Shown: piece by piece, positions 21,388-32,345 of the stretch
Layout of the letters: every line of letters starts with the position of its first letter
Numbering within the stretch: position 1 is the first letter of the stretch
Assembly (NCBI GenBank): GCA_947457395.1
Contig: CANGVA010000002.1
Coordinates: 81,234 to 145,233 of the forward strand
Direction: 5' to 3'
Length of the DNA stretch: 64,000 nt
Source: Bacteroidota bacterium
GTDB lineage: Bacteria > Bacteroidota > Bacteroidia > UKL13-3
Made by a program: the position numbers and the translations under genes
The notes under the pieces: model-generated
Database searches by the model: none
What the model saw: only the letters and a program-made list of their open reading frames with translations
What the model was told of the DNA's origin: nothing

Positions 21388-22416
21388 CTAAACAAGCTTT
21401 TCGCAAAGCCTATTAATTTCCTGCCGCGCTGATTTGTTCTCATAAATGATACCATATACAGCTTCCATTATTGGCATATCAACCTTAAGTTTACTGTTGT
21501 TCAGTTCAAACATGCTTTTGGTGGCATAATATCCTTCGGCAATCATATTCATTTCCAGCTGCGCAGATTTAACCGAATATCCCTTACCTAACATATTGCC
21601 AAACGTACGATTTCGGGAGTGCTGTGAATAAGCAGTTACAAGCAAATCACCCAGATAAGCGGAATGATTTATTTGACGTGGATGGGCATGCACTGCATAA
21701 AGAAAACGTTCCATTTCGCTGATTGCATTAGAGATGAGCACTGCCTGAAAATTGTCTCCGAAACCCAGGCCATGACAAATACCACTTGCCACTGCATAAA
21801 TATTTTTCAGTACAGCACCATACTCAGTGCCCGTAATATCCTTAGAAATAATGGTGCGTATATAGCGACAAGCAAGCAGGGAAGCAAAGTGTGTGGTAAC
21901 TGATTCGTTTAATCCGGCAATGGTAAGATAGGATAACTTCTCTGAGGCTACTTCTTCGGCATGGCACGGACCCGATATAACCATCAATTGTTCATGCGGC
22001 AAACCATATTCGGTCATTAGAAAATCTGCCACAATCTGTCGGCTATGTGGTAGCAACCCTTTTATTGCAGATACGATGTATTTATTCCTTATTGATTCGG
22101 CATTGATACTATCCAAAGCTTCTTTTAAAAATGCACTGGGCACTGCCAGAACAATGAGCTCAGCAGTATTAAGTATGGTTTGTAAATCGCTTGTAACAGT
22201 AACAACCTCCGGATGTATCTCAACAGAGCTAATGTATTTTGGGTTATGCCTATTTGTTCTGATATAAGCTGCAGTTTCTTCATTCCTAATCCACCATTGC
22301 AATGTTTCAATATAACTGCCGGCAGATTTCTTATGCTCACTCAGCATTTTAACAATTGCTGTACCCCAGCTTCCGCCACCAATAACGGCAATATGTTTAG
22401 GCTTTTCGTTCATCAT
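21388..22416 (-). CDS. gpsA: NAD(P)H-dependent glycerol-3-phosphate dehydrogenase
   Basis: GGGSWGTA, SGPCHAEE, LKNIYA, GDLLVTAYS..SRNR. Confidence 0.95.
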   Translation of the reverse strand: MMNEKPKHIAVIGGGSWGTAIVKMLSEHKKSAGSYIETLQWWIRNEETAAYIRTNRHNPKYISSVEIHPEVVTVTSDLQTILNTAELIVLAVPSAFLKEALDSINAESIRNKYIVSAIKGLLPHSRQIVADFLMTEYGLPHEQLMVISGPCHAEEVASEKLSYLTIAGLNESVTTHFASLLACRYIRTIISKDITGTEYGAVLKNIYAVASGICHGLGFGDNFQAVLISNAISEMERFLYAVHAHPRQINHSAYLGDLLVTAYSQHSRNRTFGNMLGKGYSVKSAQLEMNMIAEGYYATKSMFELNNSKLKVDMPIMEAVYGIIYENKSARQEINRLCEKLV

Positions 22417-22421
22417 AGGAA

Positions 22422-23798
22422 TTATTCATTAGGCATTGCCGGATTACCTAAACTAAACAGTTCTTCTTTTCTTACTTTGTTCACCATATCTCCATTTTTT
22501 AAAGTTCTGGAAATGGCGCTGTAAGGTCCTGTTACAATTTCTTCATCCGGCTTTAACCCTTCTGTTACTTGGATAAATTTATCATCCTGTATGCCGGTTT
22601 TTACCTGCCTTAAAAAAACCTTGTTATCTTTTAAAACAAAAACAACTTCTGTTTCATCTTTTTTAGCAACAGCCTCACCGTTTTTGCCGGTTGTAGTTTT
22701 ATTGTCTTTGACTGTGCTGTCAAGCTCAGATTTGTTTCGGATGGTAACTGCTTCAATTGGCACTGCAGGAGTGGATGATGCCGTAGCTGTTTGTATATCT
22801 ACAGAAGCAGACATACCAGGCCTAAAAACTGCACGCCTTTTTCCTGCACGCAAAACCAGATCTTCGTACGAAGTGCGCAAAATGCGAATTTTTACTACAA
22901 AGTTTGTAACCTGATCAGAGGTGGTTTGTGCCGTAGTAGAAGCAGAGTTGGCAACCTCTGTTACAATACCTTTAAACTTGCGGTTGTTGTATGCATCAAC
23001 TTCTATCAGAGTTGTATCATGTAAGCTAACCTTAACAATATCATTTTCATTTACATCTACACTTACCTCCATATCATTTAAATTGGCAATGCGCATCATT
23101 TCCGTTCCTGCCATCTGAGAGGTTCCAACCACGCGCTCTCCCTTTTCAATATTCAGTTTGGATACGATGCCGTTTACGGGTGAAAATATTTCTGTGCGAG
23201 TTAAATTTTTTCTAGCCTCCTTCAGGGTTGCCTCCATGCTTTGCACCATATATTGTGAGGCAAGCACATTTTGCTTCGATGCCTCTACTTCTGCCTTATT
23301 GGCATTATAGTTGGAGCGAGATGTTTCAAATTCCTGATCAGATATTAATTTCTGCTCATGCAGTTTAATGTTACGTTGATGTTGTAGTTCAATTTCATTA
23401 AATCTGGCCTCGGCCTGAACCAAGCGTGCTTTTGCATTGGCCAGATTTGCTCTTGAGTTATTGAGCGAAGCTTCTGAACGATCAAGTGCAGACTGATATA
23501 ACTCAGGATCAATAACAGCAAGTAATTGACCCGCCTGCACAGAATCTCCTTCCCTAACAAACAACTGTCGTACCTCGCCTGATACGTCTGAACTAATTTT
23601 AACCTCTACCTCAGGCTGCACTTTTCCATTGGCCGAAACAGTTTCTATAATTGTTTTTAAGGATACCTTATCGGCACTTACTTTGGTACCTTCATCTTTA
23701 CCAAACCATCCTGCACTTTTACCAATCAATATAAGTATTACCAGCAAGACAATTGAGCCCAGCAGGTACCAAATCAGTTTATTACTTTTCTTCGACAT
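22422..23798 (-). CDS. Efflux periplasmic adaptor subunit (MacA-like)
   Basis: N-terminal TM, SANGKVQP, coiled hairpin, SPVNGIV, FRPGMSA. Confidence 0.88.
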   Translation of the reverse strand: MSKKSNKLIWYLLGSIVLLVILILIGKSAGWFGKDEGTKVSADKVSLKTIIETVSANGKVQPEVEVKISSDVSGEVRQLFVREGDSVQAGQLLAVIDPELYQSALDRSEASLNNSRANLANAKARLVQAEARFNEIELQHQRNIKLHEQKLISDQEFETSRSNYNANKAEVEASKQNVLASQYMVQSMEATLKEARKNLTRTEIFSPVNGIVSKLNIEKGERVVGTSQMAGTEMMRIANLNDMEVSVDVNENDIVKVSLHDTTLIEVDAYNNRKFKGIVTEVANSASTTAQTTSDQVTNFVVKIRILRTSYEDLVLRAGKRRAVFRPGMSASVDIQTATASSTPAVPIEAVTIRNKSELDSTVKDNKTTTGKNGEAVAKKDETEVVFVLKDNKVFLRQVKTGIQDDKFIQVTEGLKPDEEIVTGPYSAISRTLKNGDMVNKVRKEELFSLGNPAMPNE

Positions 23799-23826
23799 AA
23801 TTACTTGTATTCAAATGTAAGAAATA

Positions 23827-25260
23827 TCAGTTTAATGGTTTACCCAAATAAAAATCAAGCACCTTTCTTCTAAACATCAGCTGATACCTAGCCTGCAGCA
23901 ATGAGGTTTCTGCCGAAAGAAACTGATTTTTAGTTGTGATATAATCATTGGTATTAATGGCTCCCAGGGCAAACTGGCTATTGGCCAGATCAAAAGCCTC
24001 CTTGTTGGCATCGTAACTGAGCTTACCTGCATCAAATTGCTTTTGTGCAGCTTTAAAATCCAAGTATGCCTGGTTGATATTGCGATACACATCCAACTGT
24101 GTTTGTTTTTCAGATAGCTTGGTAATTTCTTGGTTGATGCGTGCTTTTTGTATGGCATTGTTTGTTTGCCATCCGTTTAGAATTGGGATGCTTAAATTAA
24201 AACCAAGACTCTTTCCAAGGTTACGGTCGAACTGTGTATTGAATGGCGTAATTTCCGTTTCGGTATATCTGGGAAACGGTATTGAAAATATTGGGTTACC
24301 CGAAGCATCAAAACCAATGATAGAGGATGACAACACAGGATCTCCCTTACCCCGTAAACTTTGTGTAGTAAAAAAAGAGTTAAGTCCTGCATTCATGTTT
24401 AAACGAAAACTGCGTCCACCCTGCGCAATGTATTGACTAAGCTCCGCGGCACGGGTGCGGTAACGGGCCGCTCTAAGTTCAGGGCTGTTCTGCTTAAATG
24501 CTTCATAAATCTGATCGGCATTTCTAATTTCATCTTCTATTTTCAAATCACCAGATTGCTGCCAAATAATTTTATTGTTGCTGTCAGGACTAATATTCAT
24601 TGCCTGCCATAAACTAAGATAAGACTGCTGCAGCTGGTTTTGTGCTGTTACTAGTTGCAACTCTTCATTGGCAAGCTGCGCTTTAATTTGCAATACACGC
24701 ACTTTATTTGAGCCTCCCAGTTCAAATAATTTTTGCTGCCGCTGCAGTTGCTCTTTGGTTGATGCTAATTGAAATTCCCGCGCTTTCAATACTTCCTCAT
24801 TCATCAGCACGCTCATAAAGGCATTGGCTACCGTTAGTACAATATTATTTTTTGTAGCCTGCACATCTTCTTCTGCTGCCTTTACTGTTGCCTGCTGCTG
24901 CCTGATGGAATTGGTGTTTTGGAAACCGCTGAAAAGCGTCATGGAACCGGATAGAATAAAGTTGTTACTTCGAAAAGTAGCATCGGCCAGTGTTTGGTTT
25001 GTTACCGGGTTAATGGAAAATCCCGTATTGTAATTGTTGGTTACTTGCCCATTAATAGATGGCAGTAAATTAATTTTACTCTGCAGCAAATCAGCTTCAC
25101 TGCTTTTTAAATTATATATTCTTTGCTTAACTGCTATATTGTTTTGTAAAGCCTGATCAATACATTGCTGCAGCGTCCATGTTTGCTGAGCGTATAAAGA
25201 ACTTGCCATTAAAGCAAATAGCAGAAATGTGGTGGCAGAAATATATTTTCGTACTTGCAT
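23827..25260 (-). CDS. TolC family outer-membrane protein
   Basis: Signal peptide then QQTWTLQQCI..AL.NN, with OMF repeats. Start moved to the ATG at 25260. Confidence 0.9.
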   Translation of the reverse strand: MQVRKYISATTFLLFALMASSLYAQQTWTLQQCIDQALQNNIAVKQRIYNLKSSEADLLQSKINLLPSINGQVTNNYNTGFSINPVTNQTLADATFRSNNFILSGSMTLFSGFQNTNSIRQQQATVKAAEEDVQATKNNIVLTVANAFMSVLMNEEVLKAREFQLASTKEQLQRQQKLFELGGSNKVRVLQIKAQLANEELQLVTAQNQLQQSYLSLWQAMNISPDSNNKIIWQQSGDLKIEDEIRNADQIYEAFKQNSPELRAARYRTRAAELSQYIAQGGRSFRLNMNAGLNSFFTTQSLRGKGDPVLSSSIIGFDASGNPIFSIPFPRYTETEITPFNTQFDRNLGKSLGFNLSIPILNGWQTNNAIQKARINQEITKLSEKQTQLDVYRNINQAYLDFKAAQKQFDAGKLSYDANKEAFDLANSQFALGAINTNDYITTKNQFLSAETSLLQARYQLMFRRKVLDFYLGKPLN

Positions 25261-25885
25261 GCTTGCCACAAAAATAACCCTAAAACACAGAATACCTTCT
25301 TTTTTCATGAAGTTAATGCCTTCCCTTACGTGGAAGGTTGTTACAGATGATAAAAAGCTGTTTGTTACTTTTGATGACGGCCCGCACCCAACCATTACTC
25401 CCTGGGTGCTGCAATCCTTAAGACAATTTAACGCAAAGGCCACCTTTTTTTGTGTGGGAGATAATGTGCGCAAATTTCCTGAAACCTATGACCAAATACT
25501 GGCCGAAGGCCATCGCACAGGTAATCACACCTTTAACCACCTAAATGGATGGTGCACAAACAATTCTGAATATTTTGATAATATCAAACAGGCGTCAACA
25601 CTTATTCAATCAGACCTTTTTAGGCCACCATATGGACGCATTACACCGGCTCAATTCAACCACCTTAAAAAAGATTATCGTGTAATTATGTGGGATATAC
25701 TTACCCGTGATTTTGATAAAAACCTGAATACAGAAATGGCATTGCAATATTGTAAAGAACACATAAACCCGGGCTCAGTTATTGTTTTTCATGATAGTGA
25801 AAAGGCCGAAAAAAATTTGAAAATACTCTTGCCTGCTATGCTCAGCCATTTTCATGAAAAAGGATTTACCTTTGATATACTGTGA
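25259..25885 (+). CDS. Polysaccharide deacetylase (NodB/CE4)
   Basis: TFDDGP, ATFF, NHTFNH, FRPPYG, VIVFHD. Start taken at the ATG at 25259. Confidence 0.92.
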   Translation: MLATKITLKHRIPSFFMKLMPSLTWKVVTDDKKLFVTFDDGPHPTITPWVLQSLRQFNAKATFFCVGDNVRKFPETYDQILAEGHRTGNHTFNHLNGWCTNNSEYFDNIKQASTLIQSDLFRPPYGRITPAQFNHLKKDYRVIMWDILTRDFDKNLNTEMALQYCKEHINPGSVIVFHDSEKAEKNLKILLPAMLSHFHEKGFTFDIL

Positions 25886-27003
25886 GTCAGTGGTTGGTTT
25901 ACATATCAGTTATCTTGCTTTGTTTATACATAAGCCTTCAGTTATTGAATATGGCAGCAATGCTATTGCACAAAACAGATGAGGTGCCTTATAAACCAAC
26001 TGATGCTGAATTGCCTTTGATTAGTGTAATGGTAGCTGTAAGAAATGAATCAAAGCATATTATCCGCTGTTTGGATGCACTGAATAAGCTTGATTATCCG
26101 AAAGAAAAAATTCAATTATTGATAGGTGAGGACCAGTCGGAAGACAATACTGCAGAATTGATTGCAACATTTATTGCCGATAAGCCAACTTTTAAAATGG
26201 TGTCAATAACCGACAACCTGGGTAAGGCAAGGGGCAAAGCGAATGTGCTGGCGCATCTGGCTCATGTGGCAACAGGTAATATATATTTGATTACAGATGC
26301 TGATGTTGCCGTTAACGAAAAATGGGCACGAGAACTGGTTGCTTTCTTTAGCAAGAATATTGGCATTATTTCAGGTACCACCATTGTTGAAGATAATGGC
26401 ACCACAATGGGCCGCATGCAGGAAATAGACTGGATGTATTTTATGGGATTGCTAAGGAGTTTTGATTATTACGGCTTAAAATGTACTGCCGTTGGAAATA
26501 ATATGGCAATTACCAAGCATGCATATTGGAGTACGGGTGGTTACGAGCAAATAGACTTTTCTGTTACCGAGGATTTTAAACTATATAAAGAGGTGCGTGC
26601 CCGTGGCTATGAAACATTAAATATATTGAACAGCAACGTAATTAACCGCTCTGCTCCCGTAGAAGATTTTAATTTACTCATGCATCAGCGCAAACGTTGG
26701 CTGGTAGGTGCTAGAGAGTTGCCCGTGTATTGGTGGTTTTTCTTTAGCATTTTCGGTTTGTTTGGTCCTGCTATCATCATCATGTTTTTATACAGCATTA
26801 AACTAGGTCTGATTTTTTTCGGCATTAAATTACTGCTACAATCTTTATCCGTTTATGTGCTTAAAAGTAAAATTGATTTGCGTAAAAATTTTGATTACCT
26901 CCTCACCTATGAAGTATATAGCATTGCTGTTGCTGTTTGCACACAGGTGTTTTATTTCCTGCCAATAAACTTTAAGTGGAAAAACAGAACTTATCATGTA
27001 TAG
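25882..27003 (+). CDS. Membrane glycosyltransferase family 2 protein
   Basis: DQSED, TDAD, TED and QRKRW motifs with flanking TM helices. Confidence 0.88.
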   Translation: MSQWLVYISVILLCLYISLQLLNMAAMLLHKTDEVPYKPTDAELPLISVMVAVRNESKHIIRCLDALNKLDYPKEKIQLLIGEDQSEDNTAELIATFIADKPTFKMVSITDNLGKARGKANVLAHLAHVATGNIYLITDADVAVNEKWARELVAFFSKNIGIISGTTIVEDNGTTMGRMQEIDWMYFMGLLRSFDYYGLKCTAVGNNMAITKHAYWSTGGYEQIDFSVTEDFKLYKEVRARGYETLNILNSNVINRSAPVEDFNLLMHQRKRWLVGARELPVYWWFFFSIFGLFGPAIIIMFLYSIKLGLIFFGIKLLLQSLSVYVLKSKIDLRKNFDYLLTYEVYSIAVAVCTQVFYFLPINFKWKNRTYHV

Positions 27004-27041
27004 CCAAGTAAATTATTAATTTACCTGTTGTATAACTTTAT

Positions 27042-27082
27042 AAAACAAAGTAGCCGCCCTGAGTAATCTGGGCGGCTTCTTT
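27042..27082. terminator. Intrinsic terminator between the convergent GT2 gene and pnp
   Basis: AGCCGCCC/GGGCGGCT stem with A/T-rich flanks. Confidence 0.7.
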
Positions 27083-27087
27083 ATGTG

Positions 27088-29295
27088 TTAAGTATTGGCT
27101 TCCGGTTGTGGTGGATTGTTATCTCCTTCCGGTCTTTCCCTGCGCTCCCTTTTAGGGGCATCAGTAAATCCTTCAGGTTTAGGCAACAAGGCCTTACGCG
27201 ATAACTTAAGCTTGCCCGTCTTTTTATCTATCTCAATCAACTTCACTTTTATCTCCTCACCTACTTGCAACACTCCTTCCATGCTTGGCAAACGCTTCCA
27301 GCTAATTTCACTGATGTGCAACAAGCCATCTTTACCCGGCAATATTTCAACAAAAGCACCAAAGTCTACAATAGTTTTTACTTTACCTGTATACTCATCT
27401 CCAACAACCGGTACCGCAACAATACCCTTTATGATGTTTACTGCTTTTTGCATGCTCTCACCATTGGTAGCTGCTACTTCTACAATACCGTTATTATCTA
27501 CTTCGGTAATAGAGATAGTAGTACCTGTATCTTTTTGTATGCCCTGAATTACTTTACCACCCGGCCCTATTACTGCACCAATAAATTCCTTATCAATAAT
27601 AATGGTTTGTATACGTGGTGCGTGTGGTTTGTAATCGGCATTTGGTTTGGCAATGGTCTTATTCATCTCGCCCATAATGTGCAAGCGACCTGCTCTAGCC
27701 TGATTTAATGCCTCTTCTACCATTTCCCATTTCAAGCCGTTGATTTTAATGTCCATCTGGCAAGCCACAATACCCTTGCTTGTTCCGACTACTTTAAAAT
27801 CCATGTCGCCCAAATGGTCTTCATCTCCTAAAATATCAGATAACACTGCATATTTTCCTGTTTTCTCATCAGTAATTAAACCCATGGCTATTCCGCTAAC
27901 AGCATCCTTTATTTTGATACCCGCATCCATCAGCGCAAGTGAACCTGCACAAACGGTTGCCATGGATGAAGATCCGTTAGATTCCAGAATATCGGATACA
28001 ATACGTATGGTATACGGACTTTCTTCCAAGCCAGGCAATACTCTTTTTAAACCACGCAGTGCCAGGTTTCCGTGACCAATTTCTCTTCGTCCAGGACCCC
28101 TGTTAGGTTTTACCTCTCCTGTAGAGAAAGACGGAAAATTATAGTGCAATAAAAATTTAGAGTACCCTGCGTTCATTGGCGCATCCAGCAACTGCTCATC
28201 CAGCTTAGTTCCTAATGTTACTGTTGTAAGTGACTGCGTTTCACCGCGAGTAAAAACTGCTGAACCGTGTGCGGCAGGCAAATAATTTACCTCACTCCAG
28301 ATAGGGCGAATCTGATCCAAATTACGCCCGTCCAAACGTGTTCTTTCGTTTAGAATCATGGCTCGCACAGCATCATACTCTACATGATGAAAATATTTAT
28401 TGATTAAAAATTTATCAGGAGTAGCCTCGCCACCTTCCGGATAATTCAATGCCACAAACTCTTCGCGTATGGATTTGAATGCAGCACTGCGCTCTGACTT
28501 GCCTAATCTTGATTTTGCAGCGGCAAATACTTTGTCATAAGCAAACTCGCGTATTTTTTGTTCCAGTGCTTCATCGCTGCGCTCATGGTTGTATGCGCGG
28601 GTAGGCTTGCGTCCACCCATCATATCACAAAGCTCCCACTGCACTTTACACTGCTTTTTAATGGCATCGTGCGCTACTTTCAACGCTTCCAGCATATCTA
28701 CTTCGCTCACTTCGGCACATTCGCCCTCCACCATGTTCAAGTCATGCTCGGTTCCGGCCACAATCAGGTCCATATCTGCTTGGGCCAGTTCACTAATGGT
28801 AGGATTAAGTTTAAACTGCCCGTTGATACGTGCCACACGAACCTCCGAAATAGGTCCGTTAAAAGGGATGTCGCTTACCATTAAAGCAGCAGAAGCTGCC
28901 AATCCTACCAGGCAATCCGGTAAGAGGTTTTTATCTGCAGAAATAAGCTGCAGCATAATTTGTGTATCGGCATGGTAATCTTCAGGGAAAAGCGGGCGCA
29001 GTGCACGATCAACCAATCGGCTAACCAGCACTTCATAGTCACTCAGCTTTGCTTCGCGCTTATGAAAGCTTCCTGGGATGCGGCCTACGGCAGCAAATTT
29101 TTCCTGATAATCTACTGTAAGTGGCATAAAATCCACATCTTCTTTGGCTTCTTTAGCCGAAACGGCTGTTGCCAGAATCATGGTGTCGCCCATACGAACC
29201 ACCACTGAACCATCGGCCTGTTTGGCCAATTTTCCTGTCTCGATAGAGATGGACCTTCCATCTCCCAGATCAAATGTTTTTGTTGTTACTTGCAT
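27088..29295 (-). CDS. pnp: Polyribonucleotide nucleotidyltransferase (PNPase)
   Basis: [33 protein letters not shown], plus KH and S1 domains. Confidence 0.98.
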   Translation of the reverse strand: MQVTTKTFDLGDGRSISIETGKLAKQADGSVVVRMGDTMILATAVSAKEAKEDVDFMPLTVDYQEKFAAVGRIPGSFHKREAKLSDYEVLVSRLVDRALRPLFPEDYHADTQIMLQLISADKNLLPDCLVGLAASAALMVSDIPFNGPISEVRVARINGQFKLNPTISELAQADMDLIVAGTEHDLNMVEGECAEVSEVDMLEALKVAHDAIKKQCKVQWELCDMMGGRKPTRAYNHERSDEALEQKIREFAYDKVFAAAKSRLGKSERSAAFKSIREEFVALNYPEGGEATPDKFLINKYFHHVEYDAVRAMILNERTRLDGRNLDQIRPIWSEVNYLPAAHGSAVFTRGETQSLTTVTLGTKLDEQLLDAPMNAGYSKFLLHYNFPSFSTGEVKPNRGPGRREIGHGNLALRGLKRVLPGLEESPYTIRIVSDILESNGSSSMATVCAGSLALMDAGIKIKDAVSGIAMGLITDEKTGKYAVLSDILGDEDHLGDMDFKVVGTSKGIVACQMDIKINGLKWEMVEEALNQARAGRLHIMGEMNKTIAKPNADYKPHAPRIQTIIIDKEFIGAVIGPGGKVIQGIQKDTGTTISITEVDNNGIVEVAATNGESMQKAVNIIKGIVAVPVVGDEYTGKVKTIVDFGAFVEILPGKDGLLHISEISWKRLPSMEGVLQVGEEIKVKLIEIDKKTGKLKLSRKALLPKPEGFTDAPKRERRERPEGDNNPPQPEANT

Positions 29296-29364
29296 ATAAT
29301 TTTCATCTTGCCGCGTTTTACATCAGCACGCTTCCGGTGCGGCCGGCCAAAGTGTACCTTTTAT

Positions 29365-29399
29365 AAAAAGAAAGCAGAGCTTTTTAAGGCCCTGCTTTT
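29365..29399 (-). terminator. Intrinsic terminator downstream of rpsO
   Basis: Minus strand AAAGCAGGGC...GCTCTGCTTT followed by CTTTTT. Confidence 0.6.
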
Positions 29400-29479
29400 A
29401 ATGTTTAATGTGATTGGAATAAGATACGAAAAGGATTACTAGTCCAATGTAATACCCTTCTTCCTTTGAAATCCATGTT

Positions 29480-29755
29480 TTACTTACGAATATCGAGTTC
29501 TTTGATAATCGCCCTGTACCGGAAGATATCAGTTTTCATTAAATAATCGAGTAGAGCACGCCTTTTACCTACGAGTTTAACCAGGCTCAATTCAGCTGAA
29601 AAATCCTTTTTGTTGGTTTTCAGGTGGTCTGAAATGTGGTTGATGCGGTGAGTAAACAGCGCGATCTGACTCTCAGCTGAGCCTGTGTCTATCTTAGACT
29701 TGGCTTTACCGTACTTTTCGAAGATTCCTTGCTTCGTTTCAGTGGTCAAATGCAT
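29480..29755 (-). CDS. rpsO: 30S ribosomal protein S15
   Basis: DTGSAESQIALFT.RI, LVGKRRALLDYL. Directly upstream of pnp. Confidence 0.97.
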   Translation of the reverse strand: MHLTTETKQGIFEKYGKAKSKIDTGSAESQIALFTHRINHISDHLKTNKKDFSAELSLVKLVGKRRALLDYLMKTDIFRYRAIIKELDIRK

Positions 29756-29856
29756 TGCTTTTGGTTATTAATTGTTTAAAAATAAATAATTGGGCTGCGA
29801 AGATAGGCAAATTTGTGGTTTTGCCAAATCCGATTGCCATCCGATTTTATGGCTGC

Positions 29857-30699
29857 TTATGCCAACATTCTGAGTAGCTTACCAAGCCTACTCTTAAGTT
29901 CAGTTCGGTTCACAATCATATCTACAAAGCCATGTTCCAGCAAAAATTCAGAACTTTGAAAGCCTTTAGGCAAGTCTTTGCCTATAGTTTCGCGGATTAC
30001 ACGAGGACCTGCAAATCCTATCAGTGCCTCTGGCTCAGCTATATTAAAATCTCCCAGCATGGCAAATGATGCGGTGACACCGCCTGTGGTTGGATCAGTT
30101 AACAAGGAAATATAAGGAATACCTTCTTTGGCCAACAATGCGAGTTTAGCCGATGTTTTGGCCATTTGCATTAATGAAAACGCGGCCTCCATCATACGTG
30201 CACCTCCTGATTTGGAAATAACCATAACAGGTATTCTGTTTTCACGGGCATAATCTATGGCGCGAGCAATTTTTTCTCCCACCACACTACCCATTGAGCC
30301 TCCGATAAAATTAAAATCCATGCAGGCTACTACCAAAGGCATCTCCTCTACCTTGCCAACACCAACACGCAAGGCATCGCTTAGTCCTGATTTTTTTTGT
30401 GATTCGGTTAATCTGGATTTATAGTCTTTGGTATCGTAAAACCCAAGCGGGTCGGTTGGTTTAATATTGGCAAACAATTCTGCGTAAGCCCCTTCGTCAA
30501 ATAATAAACCAAAGTATTCCGCTGAGCCTATCTTGTCGTGATAATTGCAGGATGGGCAAACATAGCAATTGGCCTCATGATCTTTGGCTACTACCGCTTT
30601 TTTGCAGCGCGGGCACTTATGCCATAAGCCATCAGGTACCGATTTTTTCTCATCGGTTGGGGTAATGATGCCTTCTTTAACACGTTTAAACCAACTCAT
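29857..30699 (-). CDS. accD: Acetyl-CoA carboxylase carboxyltransferase beta subunit
   Basis: C4 zinc finger, [30 protein letters not shown]. Confidence 0.97.
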   Translation of the reverse strand: MSWFKRVKEGIITPTDEKKSVPDGLWHKCPRCKKAVVAKDHEANCYVCPSCNYHDKIGSAEYFGLLFDEGAYAELFANIKPTDPLGFYDTKDYKSRLTESQKKSGLSDALRVGVGKVEEMPLVVACMDFNFIGGSMGSVVGEKIARAIDYARENRIPVMVISKSGGARMMEAAFSLMQMAKTSAKLALLAKEGIPYISLLTDPTTGGVTASFAMLGDFNIAEPEALIGFAGPRVIRETIGKDLPKGFQSSEFLLEHGFVDMIVNRTELKSRLGKLLRMLA

Positions 30700-30736
30700 T
30701 TAGTTGCAAATTAGTATTGGGTTGTAAAAAGCAAAA

Positions 30737-30764
30737 TGGTTGATTAGGTTAACCTAACCAACCA
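30737..30764 (-). terminator. Hairpin/terminator downstream of fbaB
   Basis: Minus strand TGGTTGGTTAGG-ttaa-CCTAATCAACCA followed by TTTTGCTTTT. Confidence 0.6.
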
Positions 30765-30782
30765 CAAGCTTCTTATATTTTG

Positions 30783-31835
30783 TTACGCTAAGGTAATAGA
30801 ATTATCTAAATAAACATCTTGAATGGCATTAAGCAGGGCCACACCATCTTTTACAGGTTTTTGGAATGCCTTACGCCCTGAAATTAAGCCTTGTCCACCA
30901 GCACGCTTGTTTACTACAGCTGTATAAACAGCCTCAGCCATATCGCTTGCACCTTTACTTTCGCCACCAGAATTAATAAGCCCCTGACGACCCATGTAGC
31001 AATTGGCCACCTGATAACGTGCCAAATCAATTGGGTGGTTTGATGAAAGTTCGGTGTATACTTTATCGTGTGTTTTGCCAAAACTTAATGCAGTATATCC
31101 GCCATTATTTGTTGGTAATTTTTGTTTAATGATATCAGCCTGAATGGTAACTCCCAGGTGGTTTGCCTGGCCGGTTAAATCGGCAGCTGTATGATAATCT
31201 ACTCCATCTTTTTTAAACGCACCATTGCGCAGGTAGCACCATAAAATGGTAGCCATGCCTAACTCATGCGCACGCTCAAATGCCGCTGCCACTTCCTGAA
31301 TTTGTCTGGCTGATTCATCTGAACCAAAGTAAATGGTAGCACCAACAGCAACAGCACCTAAATTCCACGCTTCATCTACTGATCCAAACATTATTTGGTC
31401 GAATTTATTTGGGTATGAAAGAAACTCGTTGTGGTTTATTTTAACGATGAAGGGTATTTTGTGCGCATACTTGCGCGAGCAAGACGCTAGCACTCCATAA
31501 GTAGAGGCTACAGCATTGCAACCACCTTCAATAGCCAGTTTCACAATATTTTCAGGATCGAAATAGGCTGGTGCCGGTGCAAATGAGGCGCCTGCCGAGT
31601 GTTCAATACCTTGATCTACCGGAAGGATGGATAAATAACCTGTATTTGCTAGGCGACCTGTACCGTATAATGCCTGTAAACTGCGCAATACCTGAGGATT
31701 ACGATTTGACGGACCAAAAATTCTTTCTACAAAATCAGGACCTGGTGCGTGGATACTGCTTTTGCTAATGGTTTTACATTCATGTTTTAACAGGCTGTCG
31801 GCCTTATCTCCCAGTAATTCAACTGTTTTGCTCAT
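30783..31835 (-). CDS. fbaB: Class I fructose-bisphosphate aldolase (DhnA type)
   Basis: [43 protein letters not shown]. Confidence 0.95.
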   Translation of the reverse strand: MSKTVELLGDKADSLLKHECKTISKSSIHAPGPDFVERIFGPSNRNPQVLRSLQALYGTGRLANTGYLSILPVDQGIEHSAGASFAPAPAYFDPENIVKLAIEGGCNAVASTYGVLASCSRKYAHKIPFIVKINHNEFLSYPNKFDQIMFGSVDEAWNLGAVAVGATIYFGSDESARQIQEVAAAFERAHELGMATILWCYLRNGAFKKDGVDYHTAADLTGQANHLGVTIQADIIKQKLPTNNGGYTALSFGKTHDKVYTELSSNHPIDLARYQVANCYMGRQGLINSGGESKGASDMAEAVYTAVVNKRAGGQGLISGRKAFQKPVKDGVALLNAIQDVYLDNSITLA

Positions 31836-31890
31836 AACGGTAGTTTAAATTAAGTTTGCAAACATAACCTTTTTTTCTGAACCCATAATT

Positions 31891-32313
31891 ATGATTGTAC
31901 TGAGGAGAGTTTTACATGCCGATGAGGTAGTGCTTGCAAGGCAAATCAGAGCTGAAGTGTTTATAAATGAAATGGGGCGTATGCCACATATGGAATGGGA
32001 ACATGAAGAAGAAGCTACTGTTTATATGGCCTATATGAATACTATTCCCATTGGTACAGCACGCTATCTTATAAGTTCAGAGGGTATAGAATTACAACGG
32101 TTTGCCATATTACCGGCCTATCGGAGACAAGGTGCAGGTTCGTTGCTTTTACAGCACTTACTTAACGAGGTTAAAGACTTAGGTAAGCCCATTTTTTTGC
32201 ATACCTACATGCAAACGATTGGATTTTATGCCAAAGCAAACTTTGTGTGCAATGGGAACCCCTATATTTATCCGGATGACGGGATTGCTTATGTGCGAAT
32301 GGTTAAGTTATAG
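31891..32313 (+). CDS. GNAT family N-acetyltransferase
   Basis: IR.EVF, IGTAR, RFAILPAYRRQGAG, FY...F. Confidence 0.85.
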   Translation: MIVLRRVLHADEVVLARQIRAEVFINEMGRMPHMEWEHEEEATVYMAYMNTIPIGTARYLISSEGIELQRFAILPAYRRQGAGSLLLQHLLNEVKDLGKPIFLHTYMQTIGFYAKANFVCNGNPYIYPDDGIAYVRMVKL

Positions 32314-32345
32314 AAGAGAAGAAATACTGCCGTTATATGGCTATC

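Noticed and set aside
29320..29345. CCGGAAG-containing hairpin as SRP RNA
   Set aside because: It lacks the rest of the conserved SRP domain IV and the long stem; it is better explained as part of the pnp leader.
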